From: Chloroflexota bacterium
GTDB lineage: Bacteria > Chloroflexota > Dehalococcoidia > Dehalococcoidales > SURF-40
NCBI GenBank assembly: GCA_043803245.1
Contig: JAZDKE010000013.1
Span: forward strand, 4,142-68,141
Direction of reading: 5' to 3'
DNA: 64,000 bases
The stretch's first letter is position 1. Every line of letters starts with the position of its first letter. Made by a program: the position numbers and the translations under genes. Below, one piece after another: positions 1 to 9,180 of the stretch. The notes under the pieces are model-generated. The model was given only the letters and a program-made list of their open reading frames with translations, did no database searches and was not told where the DNA came from.

Positions 1-1
1 C

Positions 2-94
2 CACCTGGAACTCGATTTCTACCGGTCCCACTATCCCCCGGAAATGGTGACCGAAGCGCAAAGACAGCACATGGCAACCTGGCACAGAGAGTAG
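2..94 (+). CDS. 3' end of an unidentified CDS entering from the left edge
   Basis: Frame is open from the window edge to TAG at 92-94 (..HMATWHRE*). No family recognised. Confidence 0.3.
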   Translation, partial: HLELDFYRSHYPPEMVTEAQRQHMATWHRE

Positions 95-133
95 TTGCGG
101 GGAGTGGCTAACGTCCCTAAACCCCGATTAATA

Positions 134-175
134 AACTTCCCACGACCTTACGATCGGGGTATTAGTTGACTTCAA
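134..175 (+). repeat. Degenerate copy of the dispersed hairpin repeat (see 221-270)
   Basis: AACTTC-CCACGACCTTACGATCGGGGTATTAGTTGAC aligns with the 221-270 element at both ends (AACTTC.., ..TCGGGGTAT). Confidence 0.45.
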
Positions 176-183
176 CTCCGTTG

Positions 184-219
184 CCCGGCATCTTTAAGAG
201 CTTTCGGAAAGATGCCGGG
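184..219. terminator. Perfect 12-bp stem hairpin between convergent genes
   Basis: CCCGGCATCTTT (184-195) pairs with AAAGATGCCGGG (208-219) around a 12-nt loop. It lies between the left-edge CDS stop and the gltX stop. Confidence 0.5.
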
Positions 220-220
220 A

Positions 221-270
221 GAACTTCATCCCTCGACCCGATGGTCGGGGTATAGTTTGGTAGTATAATA
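221..270 (+). repeat. Dispersed intergenic hairpin repeat (REP-like), copy 1
   Basis: The 33-nt core GAACTTCATCCCTCGACCCGATGGTCGGGGTAT (221-253) is identical to the reverse complement of 43323-43355. The flank AGTTTGGTAGTATAAT also aligns. Confidence 0.75.
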
Positions 271-271
271 T

Positions 272-1747
272 TCACCCAGCTAATTTGCTGAGGGCAGTAA
301 TGGCCGCCCGGATGCACCCCAGGCACCTTTCCCGCCCGAGCACCGCCATCGTCTCGAAAAGCGGCGGGGCGGCGGCGCGGCCGGTGACCGCCACCCTGAG
401 AGTGCCGAAAAGCTGGCCGGTCTTAAGCCCAAGCTCCTCGGCCAGAGGACGCAGCCCCGCCTCTAATCCCCCGGCCTCAAAAGAGCCCAGCGGACTGAGT
501 CTTTCCAGCGATACTTGAAGGGCACGCAACGTCCCCTGAGCGTCCATTTTCTTTTCGATAAGCGCGCTAGTCTCATATGCCAGTTCACGCTCGAAAAAGA
601 AGCGGCTCAATTCCGCCACCTCGGTAAGGCAGCGCACCCGGTCCTGAATAAGGGGCATGACCCGGCTAACGTAATCCAGCGCAAGCGGGCGTTCTACCGT
701 GGCTGGTAAACCGCTTTCCAGGAAAGGCAGCGCCCGGCGGGTGAACTCGTCGGGACTTAAACCCCGGATATAGACGCCGTTCATCCAGGCCAGCTTCTCG
801 CGGTTAAAGATGGCCGCCGTCTGGCTCACCCGTTCCAGGGAATAATTGCTGACCAAGTCCTTGCGGGAGATAATCTCGGTCTTATCGTCCAGCGACCAGC
901 CCAGCAGCGCCAGGAAGTTCACCATGGTCTCAGGCAAAAATCCCTGTTCCCGGTACTCGGTGATGGAAGTCGCCCCGTGCCGCTTGCTCAGCTTGGCGCG
1001 GTCCGGCCCCAGTATCATCGGCAAATGCGCGAAAAGGGGCGGCTGGTAACCCATCGCCCGGTAGAGCAGGACATGGCGGGGGGTGCTGGAGAGCCACTCC
1101 TCGGCGCGCAGCACGTGGCTGATACGCATGGCATGGTCGTCAACGATGCTGGCCAGGTGATAGGTGGGATAACCATCCGATTTCAAGAGCACGAAGTCAT
1201 CAATGGTGCTGTTCTCGAAGCGCACCTGGCCCCGGATGATATCGTTAAATTCCGTCTGACCACTAAGCGGCATCTTGAAGCGGACCACCGGGGTGATGCC
1301 GGCTACCCTGTTCAGTGTTATTTCCTCGCGGCTAAAGTTGCGGCAGTGGCGGTCATAGCCCGGCGGCTGCTTGCGACGCGCCTGCTCGGCCCGCATCTCG
1401 CTAAGACGCTCGGGAGAGCAAAAGCAGTGGTAGGCGTCCCCCTGGGCTACCAGGCGCTCGGCCGCCTCGCGGTAAAGCCCGAGGCGCTGCGACTGAAAAT
1501 AAGGCCCAAAGTCGCCGCCTACCACCGGCCCCTCGTCCCAGTCCAGTCCCAGCCAGCGCAGCCCGTCCAGGATGGCCTCCAGCGCCCCGGGAACCGTGCG
1601 GGCAACATCGGTATCCTCTACCCGGACAATGAAGCTGCCGCCATAGTGACGGGCAAAGACCCAGTTAAAGAGGGCGGTGCGGATATTACCCACGTGGGGA
1701 AAACCGGTGGGGCTGGGAGCGTAACGTACTCTAACCGGTTCGGCCAT
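272..1747 (-). CDS. gltX: Glutamyl-tRNA synthetase
   Basis: 491-aa ORF with the class I aaRS HIGH-type motif PSPTGFPHVGN and a KLSKR (KMSKS-type) motif. Confidence 0.93.
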   Translation of the reverse strand: MAEPVRVRYAPSPTGFPHVGNIRTALFNWVFARHYGGSFIVRVEDTDVARTVPGALEAILDGLRWLGLDWDEGPVVGGDFGPYFQSQRLGLYREAAERLVAQGDAYHCFCSPERLSEMRAEQARRKQPPGYDRHCRNFSREEITLNRVAGITPVVRFKMPLSGQTEFNDIIRGQVRFENSTIDDFVLLKSDGYPTYHLASIVDDHAMRISHVLRAEEWLSSTPRHVLLYRAMGYQPPLFAHLPMILGPDRAKLSKRHGATSITEYREQGFLPETMVNFLALLGWSLDDKTEIISRKDLVSNYSLERVSQTAAIFNREKLAWMNGVYIRGLSPDEFTRRALPFLESGLPATVERPLALDYVSRVMPLIQDRVRCLTEVAELSRFFFERELAYETSALIEKKMDAQGTLRALQVSLERLSPLGSFEAGGLEAGLRPLAEELGLKTGQLFGTLRVAVTGRAAAPPLFETMAVLGRERCLGCIRAAITALSKLAG

Positions 1748-1916
1748 TCTCTATAACCCTTTCCTGGTCGCCCGCTTAAAGCCGCGGGGCAGACGTTTCG
1801 TATTTTCAAAACTCTGGATGTTGAACCCGAATAGGCGGCGGATAAGGAGCTTTTCCGGTCGGTTCATTTTCATCCCGTAAGCCTTCCCCCATTCTAGCAC
1901 CACCAATTTGATGACG

Positions 1917-2828
1917 CTAGCTAACCGCCGCAAGCGCCCGTTCTAAGTCCGGGGGCAGACCGGCATGGAACTCGCGGTATTCGCCGCTTTTCGGCAGCTT
2001 GAAACCGAGCGAGGCGGCGTGGACAAAGTGTCGTGAAAGGTGCTCCGACTTCACTCCGTAGGTGGCGTCGCCGACCACGGGATAGCCGATGGCCGCCAGA
2101 TGGACACGAATCTGGTGAGTGCGGCCGGTCTCGGGCCTGACCTCAAGCAGGCTGTGGCCGCCGGGATAGCCGATGACCCGGTAGTGGGTGCGCGCCGGAC
2201 GGCCCCGCGGGACTACCGCCATGCGCTGGCGATGGCGCGGGTCCCGCCCGATGTCAGCCTCGATGACCCCCTTCTCCGGCTTAAGATGGCCGCTGACCAG
2301 CACCTTGTAAACTTTGTTCACGGTGCGGGCCTTAAACTGTTTCATCAGATCGGTATGCGCGGCGGCATTTTTTGCGACCACCATCACCCCGGAAGTGTCC
2401 TTATCCAGGCGGTGGACGATGCCCGGCCGCAGCGCGTCGCCGGTATCGGGCAGGCCGGGCAGGTAGGCCAGCAACGCGTTAAGCAGGGTGTGGCCCGGTT
2501 GCCCCGGCGCGGGATGGGTAACCAGGCCCGCCGGTTTGTTGACCACGAGCAGGTCGTCGTCCTGGTATATGATTTCGAGTGGTATTGGTTCCGGGGTAAG
2601 CGGGCTAGGCGGGATGGGCGGCACCGTGACCACGATTTGCTCACCGGGGCTCAAGCGCTGCCCCGCCTTTGCCACCCGACCGTTAACGGTGACCAGACCA
2701 TCGGCAATCAGCTTCTGCAGGTAAGTCCGGGAATACTCGGGATGACGCTTGCTCAGATACCTGTCCAGCCGCTCACCGGAACTGTCGGCCACCAGGCGGA
2801 TAACCTCTTTTGGCGACATCAGGTCCAC
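1917..2828 (-). CDS. rluD: RluA-family 23S rRNA pseudouridine synthase (RluD-like)
   Basis: 303-aa ORF with an N-terminal S4-like segment (RLDRYLSK) and the catalytic HRLDKDTSG motif. Confidence 0.88.
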   Translation of the reverse strand: MDLMSPKEVIRLVADSSGERLDRYLSKRHPEYSRTYLQKLIADGLVTVNGRVAKAGQRLSPGEQIVVTVPPIPPSPLTPEPIPLEIIYQDDDLLVVNKPAGLVTHPAPGQPGHTLLNALLAYLPGLPDTGDALRPGIVHRLDKDTSGVMVVAKNAAAHTDLMKQFKARTVNKVYKVLVSGHLKPEKGVIEADIGRDPRHRQRMAVVPRGRPARTHYRVIGYPGGHSLLEVRPETGRTHQIRVHLAAIGYPVVGDATYGVKSEHLSRHFVHAASLGFKLPKSGEYREFHAGLPPDLERALAAVS

Positions 2829-2855
2829 CTCATCCCAAAGGACCAGCCGTTTCCC

Positions 2856-3365
2856 TTAAACCGTCCGCTTGCCACACCCGAGGGACAGCAGGGAAACCGC
2901 CAGCAGCACCGCGCCCACGGTTATCGCCGAATCTGCCAGATTAAAGGCGGGCCACCAGCCAATGTTGATGAAGTCGGTGACCCCGCCGAGCGAGGTATTC
3001 AAGCGTTCGACCAGGTTGCCCAGCGTGCCGCCCAGAATCAGGCCAAAAGCCAGGTTATGCCAGCGGTTATCCAGGACCGGAAAGCGGCGATAGAAGACGA
3101 AGGCATAGAGTAAAAAGAGGGCAACAAAGACTAAAGAGACTAATATCAAGGCCGCCGTCCCGCCCCGAAAAATCCCGAAAGCCGCCCCGGTATTGGGCGG
3201 TACGCGGCTGATACTGAAGATACCGGATTCGAGTAGCGTTTCCCCGACCGCGAGATGGGACCTCACCCAGACCTTGGTAAGCTGATCAGCGACCAGGACC
3301 AGAGTTGCGGGCAGGAAAATGAGCCCCATCCGCCAGCTAGCCGGCTGAGAGCTTACCTTTGACAT
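2856..3365 (-). CDS. lspA: Lipoprotein signal peptidase (signal peptidase II)
   Basis: 169-aa multi-TM ORF with NTGAAFG and FNLADS motifs. The start is uncertain (3365 or the internal Met at 3329). Confidence 0.88.
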   Translation of the reverse strand: MSKVSSQPASWRMGLIFLPATLVLVADQLTKVWVRSHLAVGETLLESGIFSISRVPPNTGAAFGIFRGGTAALILVSLVFVALFLLYAFVFYRRFPVLDNRWHNLAFGLILGGTLGNLVERLNTSLGGVTDFINIGWWPAFNLADSAITVGAVLLAVSLLSLGCGKRTV

Positions 3366-3714
3366 CCTTCACTTCAGCCTTACATTTCAAGCACAGGCTC
3401 GCCTGGGGCAAGGCTTCCAGCCGGGCGGGGTCGATGGCGACACCACAGCGGTCACAAAAGCCGTAGGTGCCCTTCTCAAATTTAGCCAGAGCATGGTCAA
3501 TTTCCGCAAGCTGGTCGCGGATGCGCTGCTGGAGGGCAAGGCGTTTCTCAAACTCAGCGCTCTCAACCGCCTCTTCTTCACGCTTGCCAAAGGGACTGCC
3601 CTCACGCCGCTCGCCAGCCGGGGACATCTCAGCCTGTAGCTGCTCAAGCTCGACATTCAAGCGTTTCTTCTCACCCTCCAAACGAGACCGCAAAATGGTG
3701 TGCTTGTTGACCAC
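3337..3714 (-). CDS. DksA/TraR-family C4 zinc-finger protein
   Basis: 125-aa ORF with a coiled-coil N-half and a C-terminal finger CDRCG..CLKC. Confidence 0.8.
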   Translation of the reverse strand: MVNKHTILRSRLEGEKKRLNVELEQLQAEMSPAGERREGSPFGKREEEAVESAEFEKRLALQQRIRDQLAEIDHALAKFEKGTYGFCDRCGVAIDPARLEALPQASLCLKCKAEVKDVKGKLSAG

Positions 3715-3920
3715 TTTTAGCCTCCTTGACCACCTGACTTTCTGCGGCAGGTTGCTGGCCTAGCTGTGGGGCGCTAATAACGATACTATGAAATACCAGA
3801 TGAGCAACCGCTAAAAACGGATACCTGGTAAAAAGCCCCTAATGAAGTACCATCAGGGTGTAAGTTCAGTGTAGCCTATTTCTCCCCATCCGTCAACCCT
3901 TGATGCGGGAAAGTGCCCGT

Positions 3921-3950
3921 TTGACAATAAATTCCCCTTTGGAGTAGAGT
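3921..3950 (+). promoter_or_regulatory. Sigma70-like promoter
   Basis: TTGACA (3921-3926), an 18-nt spacer, then TAGAGT (3945-3950). It lies upstream of the 4108 gene with a leader of about 150 nt. Confidence 0.4.
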
Positions 3951-4107
3951 AAAAAGGCCGCTTACCGCTTCCGGATTAAACCGTTCTCAAGGATATTGCT
4001 TAAGGCTGGCATTATGGAAATACTCGGGCAATTAGGTTATACCGAAGAATCGATAAGCCACTTTTACCGGGATAAAATCGTAGCCTAGTATCCAGGAGGT
4101 GATTAGT

Positions 4108-4338
4108 ATGTCAGCCAGAGCTTACGTCTTGGTTGAGACCACGGTGGGCCGTGCCAGGGAGGTCACCAACGTTATCGGAAGCCTTGCCGGCGTAAAATCA
4201 GTGGACCAGGTTACCGGCCCCTACGACATCATCGTCGTCATCGAGGCAGCCAGCCTGAACGAAATCGGAGACCTGGTTACCGGTAAGATTCACCCTATCC
4301 CGGGTATCTCCCGCACCGTCACCTGCCTGGCGATTTAA
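4108..4338 (+). CDS. Stand-alone Lrp/AsnC ligand-binding-domain protein
   Basis: AGGAGG lies 8 nt upstream of ATG 4108. The 76-aa product matches the AsnC C-terminal domain pattern (AYVLV..GVKSV..VTGPYDIIVVIEA). Confidence 0.7.
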   Translation: MSARAYVLVETTVGRAREVTNVIGSLAGVKSVDQVTGPYDIIVVIEAASLNEIGDLVTGKIHPIPGISRTVTCLAI

Positions 4339-5206
4339 CCGGTGAACCGGAACCAGCAGTTAGCTCCCTGAGCCTGGCCAGTACCTCTGCCAGAGACGAC
4401 TGGGGCGTGGAGGCGCCGCCGGCAACCCCGATGTGCCGGTGCCCCCGAAGCCACGAGGGCCGGATTTCCCTAGCTTCAGCCACCCGGTGGGTCCTGGTTA
4501 TCCGGGAGCAGAGACGGGCCAGGTGACGGGTGTTGGCGCTTTCGCGACCGCCGACGATAATCATCAGGTCAACCCGGGCCGCAAGGTCGGCGGCCTGCGC
4601 CTGGCGTTCCCTGATATCATAACAGATGGTATCGACCAGGCGAAACTCGGAATTCTGGGTAAAGGCCTCGCTAACCAGCTTTTTGATAAAGCGCTGAAAC
4701 CGGGCCGGCATCTGGGTCGTCTGGGAGACCACCCCCAGGCGGCGCGGCAGCGGCTGGAGCGATGCGAGAAAACGGGTGTCCAGTGCGGCCAGCCCCCGCC
4801 CACCAGCCCAGCCGAGAATGCCTTTGACCTCGGTGTGCGCCGCTTCACCGTAAACCACCACGAAAAACCCGGCCCGGGCCAGTTTCCTGGCCGCCGTCTG
4901 GGCACGGCGCACGAAGGGGCAGGTGGTATCAATCACCTCTATCCCGCGCTCTTTGAACTCCCTAAGCAGCTCCGGGGTAATACCGTGGGCACTGGTCACC
5001 ACGGCAGCACCCCGAATATCATCCGGGGCGCGGGCAACCCGGCAGCCGAGATTCTCAAGCTCCGCCATCACCCGGTCGTTGTGAACCACTGACCCCAGCA
5101 TCTCGACGCCACCACGCTCGCGGGCGGCCTTCTCCACGATTTCGAGGGCGCGTCCGACCCCGAAGCAGAAACCGCTTTGCCCCGCTTTTTCAATTTTTAT
5201 ACCCAT
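4319..5206 (-). CDS. ispH: 4-hydroxy-3-methylbut-2-enyl diphosphate reductase
   Basis: IspH/LytB pattern (GFCFGV near the N-terminus, VVHN, SANT). GAGGTG RBS precedes ATG 5206; an upstream in-frame ATG at 5224 is possible. Confidence 0.9.
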   Translation of the reverse strand: MGIKIEKAGQSGFCFGVGRALEIVEKAARERGGVEMLGSVVHNDRVMAELENLGCRVARAPDDIRGAAVVTSAHGITPELLREFKERGIEVIDTTCPFVRRAQTAARKLARAGFFVVVYGEAAHTEVKGILGWAGGRGLAALDTRFLASLQPLPRRLGVVSQTTQMPARFQRFIKKLVSEAFTQNSEFRLVDTICYDIRERQAQAADLAARVDLMIIVGGRESANTRHLARLCSRITRTHRVAEAREIRPSWLRGHRHIGVAGGASTPQSSLAEVLARLRELTAGSGSPVKSPGR

Positions 5207-5828
5207 AATCACCTCGATAGGCACCAGGTAAAAGTCCGGCGACGGCAGACATTATCAGATTGGTAAGCTCGTCCAGTTCCTGGCGAGAGACCGGGCCGTT
5301 TGCCCGTGGCAAATAAAACGGGCAACCGATGTTGACCGTGACTTTGGGGCGGCTAAACAGCCCAAAAGGGCGCTCCAGTGCCTCGGTACCGGAAATGGCC
5401 ACCGGTAGAACGGGAACTCTTGCCCGCACCGCAATCTGCGCCGCCCCCCGGAAGGCGGTCTGCAACCTGCCGGTACGGCTCCGCCTGCCCTCCGGAAATA
5501 TCGCCAGAGCATTGCCATCACCCAGCACCCGGTACGCCCGGCGCAAGGCATCGAGGTCCATGTGACCCCGGTTTACCGGAAAACTCCCCAGCCTCTTCAG
5601 GAAAAAGCCGATTACCGGGAAGCGAAACAGCTCCCGCTTGGCCATGAAAGCGACGGGACGCCCCAGGCTCACCCCAAGCAGCGGCGGGTCGGCCAGGCTT
5701 AAGTGGTTGGCGACCACGAGAAGCGGCCCCCGCTGCGGGACATTCTCCAGGCCATGCACCCGGCAGCGGGTCGTTACCCGAAAAAAGACTACCAGCAGCG
5801 CTCGAATGACACTGTGTAAACCGGGCAT
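5190..5828 (-). CDS. plsC: 1-acyl-sn-glycerol-3-phosphate acyltransferase
   Basis: 212-aa ORF with the HX4D motif NHLSLAD and an FPEGRRS block. Confidence 0.88.
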   Translation of the reverse strand: MPGLHSVIRALLVVFFRVTTRCRVHGLENVPQRGPLLVVANHLSLADPPLLGVSLGRPVAFMAKRELFRFPVIGFFLKRLGSFPVNRGHMDLDALRRAYRVLGDGNALAIFPEGRRSRTGRLQTAFRGAAQIAVRARVPVLPVAISGTEALERPFGLFSRPKVTVNIGCPFYLPRANGPVSRQELDELTNLIMSAVAGLLPGAYRGDYGYKN

Positions 5829-5870
5829 CAGTTTACCCCGTTAAAATGATTACGCACATTATAACTCTAA

Positions 5871-6107
5871 CGTAATCGCACCGACAAACCGGCACAAATC
5901 CGGAAAAATATGCCGCCCTTGATTACCCGACCCCGGGGTAAGACGCTCATGGAAGCCTGCCGCCTGGCGGTCGCCATGGGCACCGCCGCAGTATTAAACC
6001 GGGGTAGCGAGCTCTGCAACCGCCATGACGTAGAAAACCTGCTGCCGCAGGTCACGGTATACCCGCCGGGAGCTAAAAACGGGCTTAACCAGCGAGACCT
6101 CGCTTAA
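5871..6107 (+). pseudogene. Possible C-terminal remnant of a PfkB-family sugar kinase
   Basis: GKTLMEACRLAVAMGTAAVLNRGSELCNRHDVENLLPQVTV resembles the last ~45 residues of PfkB/1-phosphofructokinase proteins. No upstream kinase body is present and the ORF overlaps the patatin gene 3' end. Confidence 0.3.
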
Positions 6108-6915
6108 TGTCGCCAACGGCAGCCATAGCCGCCGCCTCACCCGCAAGGGAAAGCTCACGGGCCCGGAGAAACTCACCCGCCCCGATGTGCCCGACCCGGG
6201 GCTGAATCACGCAGTCGGCCCCCTCAAGGGAAGTTTGAATGTGCTGATGAGTGGTGATATAGATTGCCTGCATCACCACGCTAAAGATGTTGTGCACCGC
6301 CCGGTGCGCCGCGGCTTTGTCGGCTGTCCCGGGCAGGGCTTCCAGCTTTTCGGGCAGAACATTCACCGCGATGACGTAATCGGCTCCCATCTCACGGGCC
6401 AACTTGACCGGCACCGGGTTGGTGAGGCTGCCGTCAACCAGACGCCGGCCCTGATAATCGGCCACGGCAAAGATGACCGGAATGGAAATGCTGGCCCGGA
6501 TTGCCTCCGCCACCGAACCCTGCTTAAGAACGACTGCCTCGCCGGTGTCGATATCGGTGGCGGCACAGGCGAAAGGGATATTTAAGTCGGCAAAATCCAG
6601 GTCGCCGCCGATAATTTTCTTTATCAGGTCTATGAGACGCCGGCCGGCGATGAAACCCGTCCGGGGCAGCGTCAGGTCGAGAAGGCGGGGCAGTTTCTTC
6701 CAGTCTACCTGCTCCAGGACCAGCGCTTCAATCTGGTCGATGCTCCTCCCGCGGGCGTAAAGGGCGCCGATGAGGGCTCCGGCGCTGGTACCGGCGATGA
6801 GACTAACGGGCACCTCAGCCTTTTCCAGAGCTTTAAGCACCCCGACGTGAGCCAGCCCCAGGGCCGCGCCGCTTCCCAGAGCCAGGCCGACCTTTTTACC
6901 GGTTTTCAGCCCCAT
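6085..6915 (-). CDS. Patatin-like phospholipase
   Basis: 276-aa ORF with GSGAALG (oxyanion GxGxxG), GTSAGA (GxSxG) and VDGS (Asp of the dyad). Its start overlaps the HerA-like stop by 10 nt. Confidence 0.85.
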   Translation of the reverse strand: MGLKTGKKVGLALGSGAALGLAHVGVLKALEKAEVPVSLIAGTSAGALIGALYARGRSIDQIEALVLEQVDWKKLPRLLDLTLPRTGFIAGRRLIDLIKKIIGGDLDFADLNIPFACAATDIDTGEAVVLKQGSVAEAIRASISIPVIFAVADYQGRRLVDGSLTNPVPVKLAREMGADYVIAVNVLPEKLEALPGTADKAAAHRAVHNIFSVVMQAIYITTHQHIQTSLEGADCVIQPRVGHIGAGEFLRARELSLAGEAAAMAAVGDIKRGLAG

Positions 6916-8525
6916 AGCTCCTCGATGTCCTTTTGCACCTGCCGCTTCAAGTCTCCCCGGTCACCCTGGACGAAACTGCGGTAGGACTCCGCCGAACCGT
7001 ATTCCCGAATTTTTATGGGTGCCGGCATGGGCACGGCGTGGCCGAATATCAGCGCCTGCTGCCGCGATTCAAGCCGGGAAAGCACCGATTTCAGCTCGGC
7101 TTTACCGGGGACACCGGCCAGGACACTATCGACGTCACGCTCGTTATCCAGCAGACAGGCGACCTTGGTGCCGAGCTGCGAGAGCACCTCCTCATCAATG
7201 CCGCTGGGGCGCTGGTCAATGACGAGCAGGGTCACGTTATACTTGCGCATCTCGCGGGCGATGGTGCCGAAGATGGTCTGAGAGGCCACCTCGGGAGAGA
7301 GGAACTTATGCGCTTCCTCAATGGTAATGACCAGCGGCTGGGGCCGGGCGCTATCGGCGCCCAGGGCCTTCTCCATCCGCGCCTGGTACTGAGCATATAT
7401 GCGCCGGCTGAGTATGTTGGCTACCAGGACATAAGCGGTGACATCGCGGAACCGCCCGAACTCCAGCACGACGTTGATACCGCGGTCAAGGTATTCCAGG
7501 ATACGCGCCACCGCCTTCTCGGTTACCTGGGGCACCATGAAGGGCAAACGCCGGATGACACCTAACCCCCTTCGAAGATTTTGGAAAGTGCCTTCGTGGA
7601 TATTAAGTTCCTTAAGCAGGTCTTTGATTACCTGGTCATCATCAAGCTCAATCACTTCCTTGAGCCAGTTCCGGCCAAAGCGTCGGGCTATCTGATAGAC
7701 TGCCTCCACCGCCGGTTCGGTAAGTCCCAGTGTCTGCCGGAGCAGCGCGATATCTTCCGGCTCAAGCTCGTCATAGCCAATCCTGACCACGAAATCGGTG
7801 CTTACCCGGCGGACTTTCGAGTTCTCCTCGTCCAGGGTGAAAACCGCCACCCGGGAAGGGAAAAGCTGCTTGAGACCCTTGACCTTATGTCCCCGCTCGC
7901 TTGAGCCTTCCCAGCCGTACTCATTGTGCATATCGAATATCAGGTTGACCGCCCGGCTTTTCTGGAGCATGCCGATGAGCAACAGCCGCGTCAGGAAAGT
8001 CTTGCCGGTGCCGCTTTTGCCGAAGATGCCGTTGGAGCGCTTGACCAGCTCTTCCAGGTCAAGGCAGATTTTGGTCTCCATATCCAGGGGAGTGCCGATG
8101 TAAAACCTTTTTTCGTCCTCGGGGCCGAAGACCAGTTCTATATCCTGCTGTGAGGCCAAGCGCACTACCGAAAAATGACCGGGCACCGTCTTTACCGGCT
8201 GCGGCCCGTCCGCAAGGCTGCCAACGCCCCCGATGCTGAGCAGCGGCAGCACGTGCCCCAGGCCGTAGGTGCCCGTGCCCGCCAGCACCTCGGCGGTGAA
8301 GGGGTCGGCGCTGTCCGGCGGGGAAAAGGCGATTTCCTGGTCGGCGACCTCCAGGCTGATATCGGTCAGCATGCCGAAGAAACGCTGCTTTTTGCCGGTA
8401 ATGACAACGTAACGCCCCACCACCATATCCTCCACCGAGACCGCGCCATCCAGCCTGACCTCGACCCCCTTGTTTAAGGAGCCGGAGACGACAATGCCCA
8501 GTCTGGGAGAAACATCCTCGGTCAT
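6906..8525 (-). CDS. HerA-like (DUF87/FtsK-superfamily) ATPase
   Basis: 539-aa ORF with a beta-barrel-like N-terminus, Walker A GKSGTGKT and Walker B-like LVITIEEAH. Confidence 0.75.
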   Translation of the reverse strand: MTEDVSPRLGIVVSGSLNKGVEVRLDGAVSVEDMVVGRYVVITGKKQRFFGMLTDISLEVADQEIAFSPPDSADPFTAEVLAGTGTYGLGHVLPLLSIGGVGSLADGPQPVKTVPGHFSVVRLASQQDIELVFGPEDEKRFYIGTPLDMETKICLDLEELVKRSNGIFGKSGTGKTFLTRLLLIGMLQKSRAVNLIFDMHNEYGWEGSSERGHKVKGLKQLFPSRVAVFTLDEENSKVRRVSTDFVVRIGYDELEPEDIALLRQTLGLTEPAVEAVYQIARRFGRNWLKEVIELDDDQVIKDLLKELNIHEGTFQNLRRGLGVIRRLPFMVPQVTEKAVARILEYLDRGINVVLEFGRFRDVTAYVLVANILSRRIYAQYQARMEKALGADSARPQPLVITIEEAHKFLSPEVASQTIFGTIAREMRKYNVTLLVIDQRPSGIDEEVLSQLGTKVACLLDNERDVDSVLAGVPGKAELKSVLSRLESRQQALIFGHAVPMPAPIKIREYGSAESYRSFVQGDRGDLKRQVQKDIEELWG

Positions 8526-9115
8526 TCTCTAATCCTCTCCAGGACACTCCTGAGACGGCCATACTCGCCGCCGAGCAGCACCGCCAGCTCACGGCCGGCC
8601 TTTACCAGAAAAGCCCGGCGGTCATCATAGACCCCGGCCATCTGCCTCAAAGTGGCGGCGGCAAGCTCTTCAGGCGGCACCGCCAGGCGGCTTGAGAGCA
8701 GGAGCTTCAGGAAGCCGAACTCCCGGCTGAAATCTCTCACTTCATCAGGGGAGCAGTGGTAAACGAAAGCGTGTATCCGGGCCGGCTGGGGCGCAAGGTA
8801 GTGGCAGACCCGGCCCCCCTGCCGGTTGCCCACCATCAGCGCGCTGAACTCGCTGCGCAGCAGCTCAAGGAGCTGCGGGCTGGAGCGGTAAACACCCTCC
8901 TCGCTGACCTCATCCCGGCCCCGGGCGATAGGACGCCGCCCCGGCTCGATACCCCGGGTGGTGGCACCGCAGACAATGGCGTAAAGCGCCGTCTCCCCGT
9001 CACCGGTCTTAACCAGGCTGCCCAATGGTGGAATCCGGTAAAGCTCGTAGCACTGGGCGATGAACTCGGTGGTGCTGGCCTCGATGACCTCACCGACTCT
9101 TAAGTCTTGCGTCAC
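8522..9115 (-). CDS. Hypothetical protein, possible barrel-domain partner of the HerA-like ATPase
   Basis: 197-aa ORF whose stop overlaps the ATPase start (ATGA). Its N-terminus (VGEVIEASTTEFIAQ..LGSLVKT..LYAIVCG) resembles the N-terminal barrel pattern of the ATPase. Confidence 0.5.
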   Translation of the reverse strand: MTQDLRVGEVIEASTTEFIAQCYELYRIPPLGSLVKTGDGETALYAIVCGATTRGIEPGRRPIARGRDEVSEEGVYRSSPQLLELLRSEFSALMVGNRQGGRVCHYLAPQPARIHAFVYHCSPDEVRDFSREFGFLKLLLSSRLAVPPEELAAATLRQMAGVYDDRRAFLVKAGRELAVLLGGEYGRLRSVLERIRE

Positions 9116-9180
9116 CCTCTCCCCCTCTCTCTATAAGGGTTTTACCTTAAAACTGGTACTTGCACCAAAAGTACAACAGG

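Noticed and set aside
977-1756. 259-aa ORF on the + strand, antisense to gltX. Similar long antisense or off-frame ORFs occur at 2040-3113, 4433-5092, 8059-8592, 10454-11275, 20716-21522, 22588-23238, 26512-27327, 32237-33046, 36084-36683, 42210-43146 and 46219-46960.
   Set aside because: They fully overlap genes with clear family motifs. Their translations are Arg/Gly/Pro/Ala-rich as expected for off-frame GC-rich DNA, and they lack SD sites. They are shadow ORFs.
1748-1916. GGTGGTGCTAG upstream of gltX looked like a possible T-box core.
   Set aside because: The match to GGTGGTACCGCG breaks after 7 nt. There is no specifier stem, F-box or terminator. The upstream space needed for Stem I lies inside rluD.
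4014-4088. 24-codon ORF (MEILGQLGYTEESISHFYRDKIVA) in the leader of the AsnC-domain gene.
   Set aside because: It has only a weak AAGG upstream and nothing to indicate translation. It was noted only because the leader is long.
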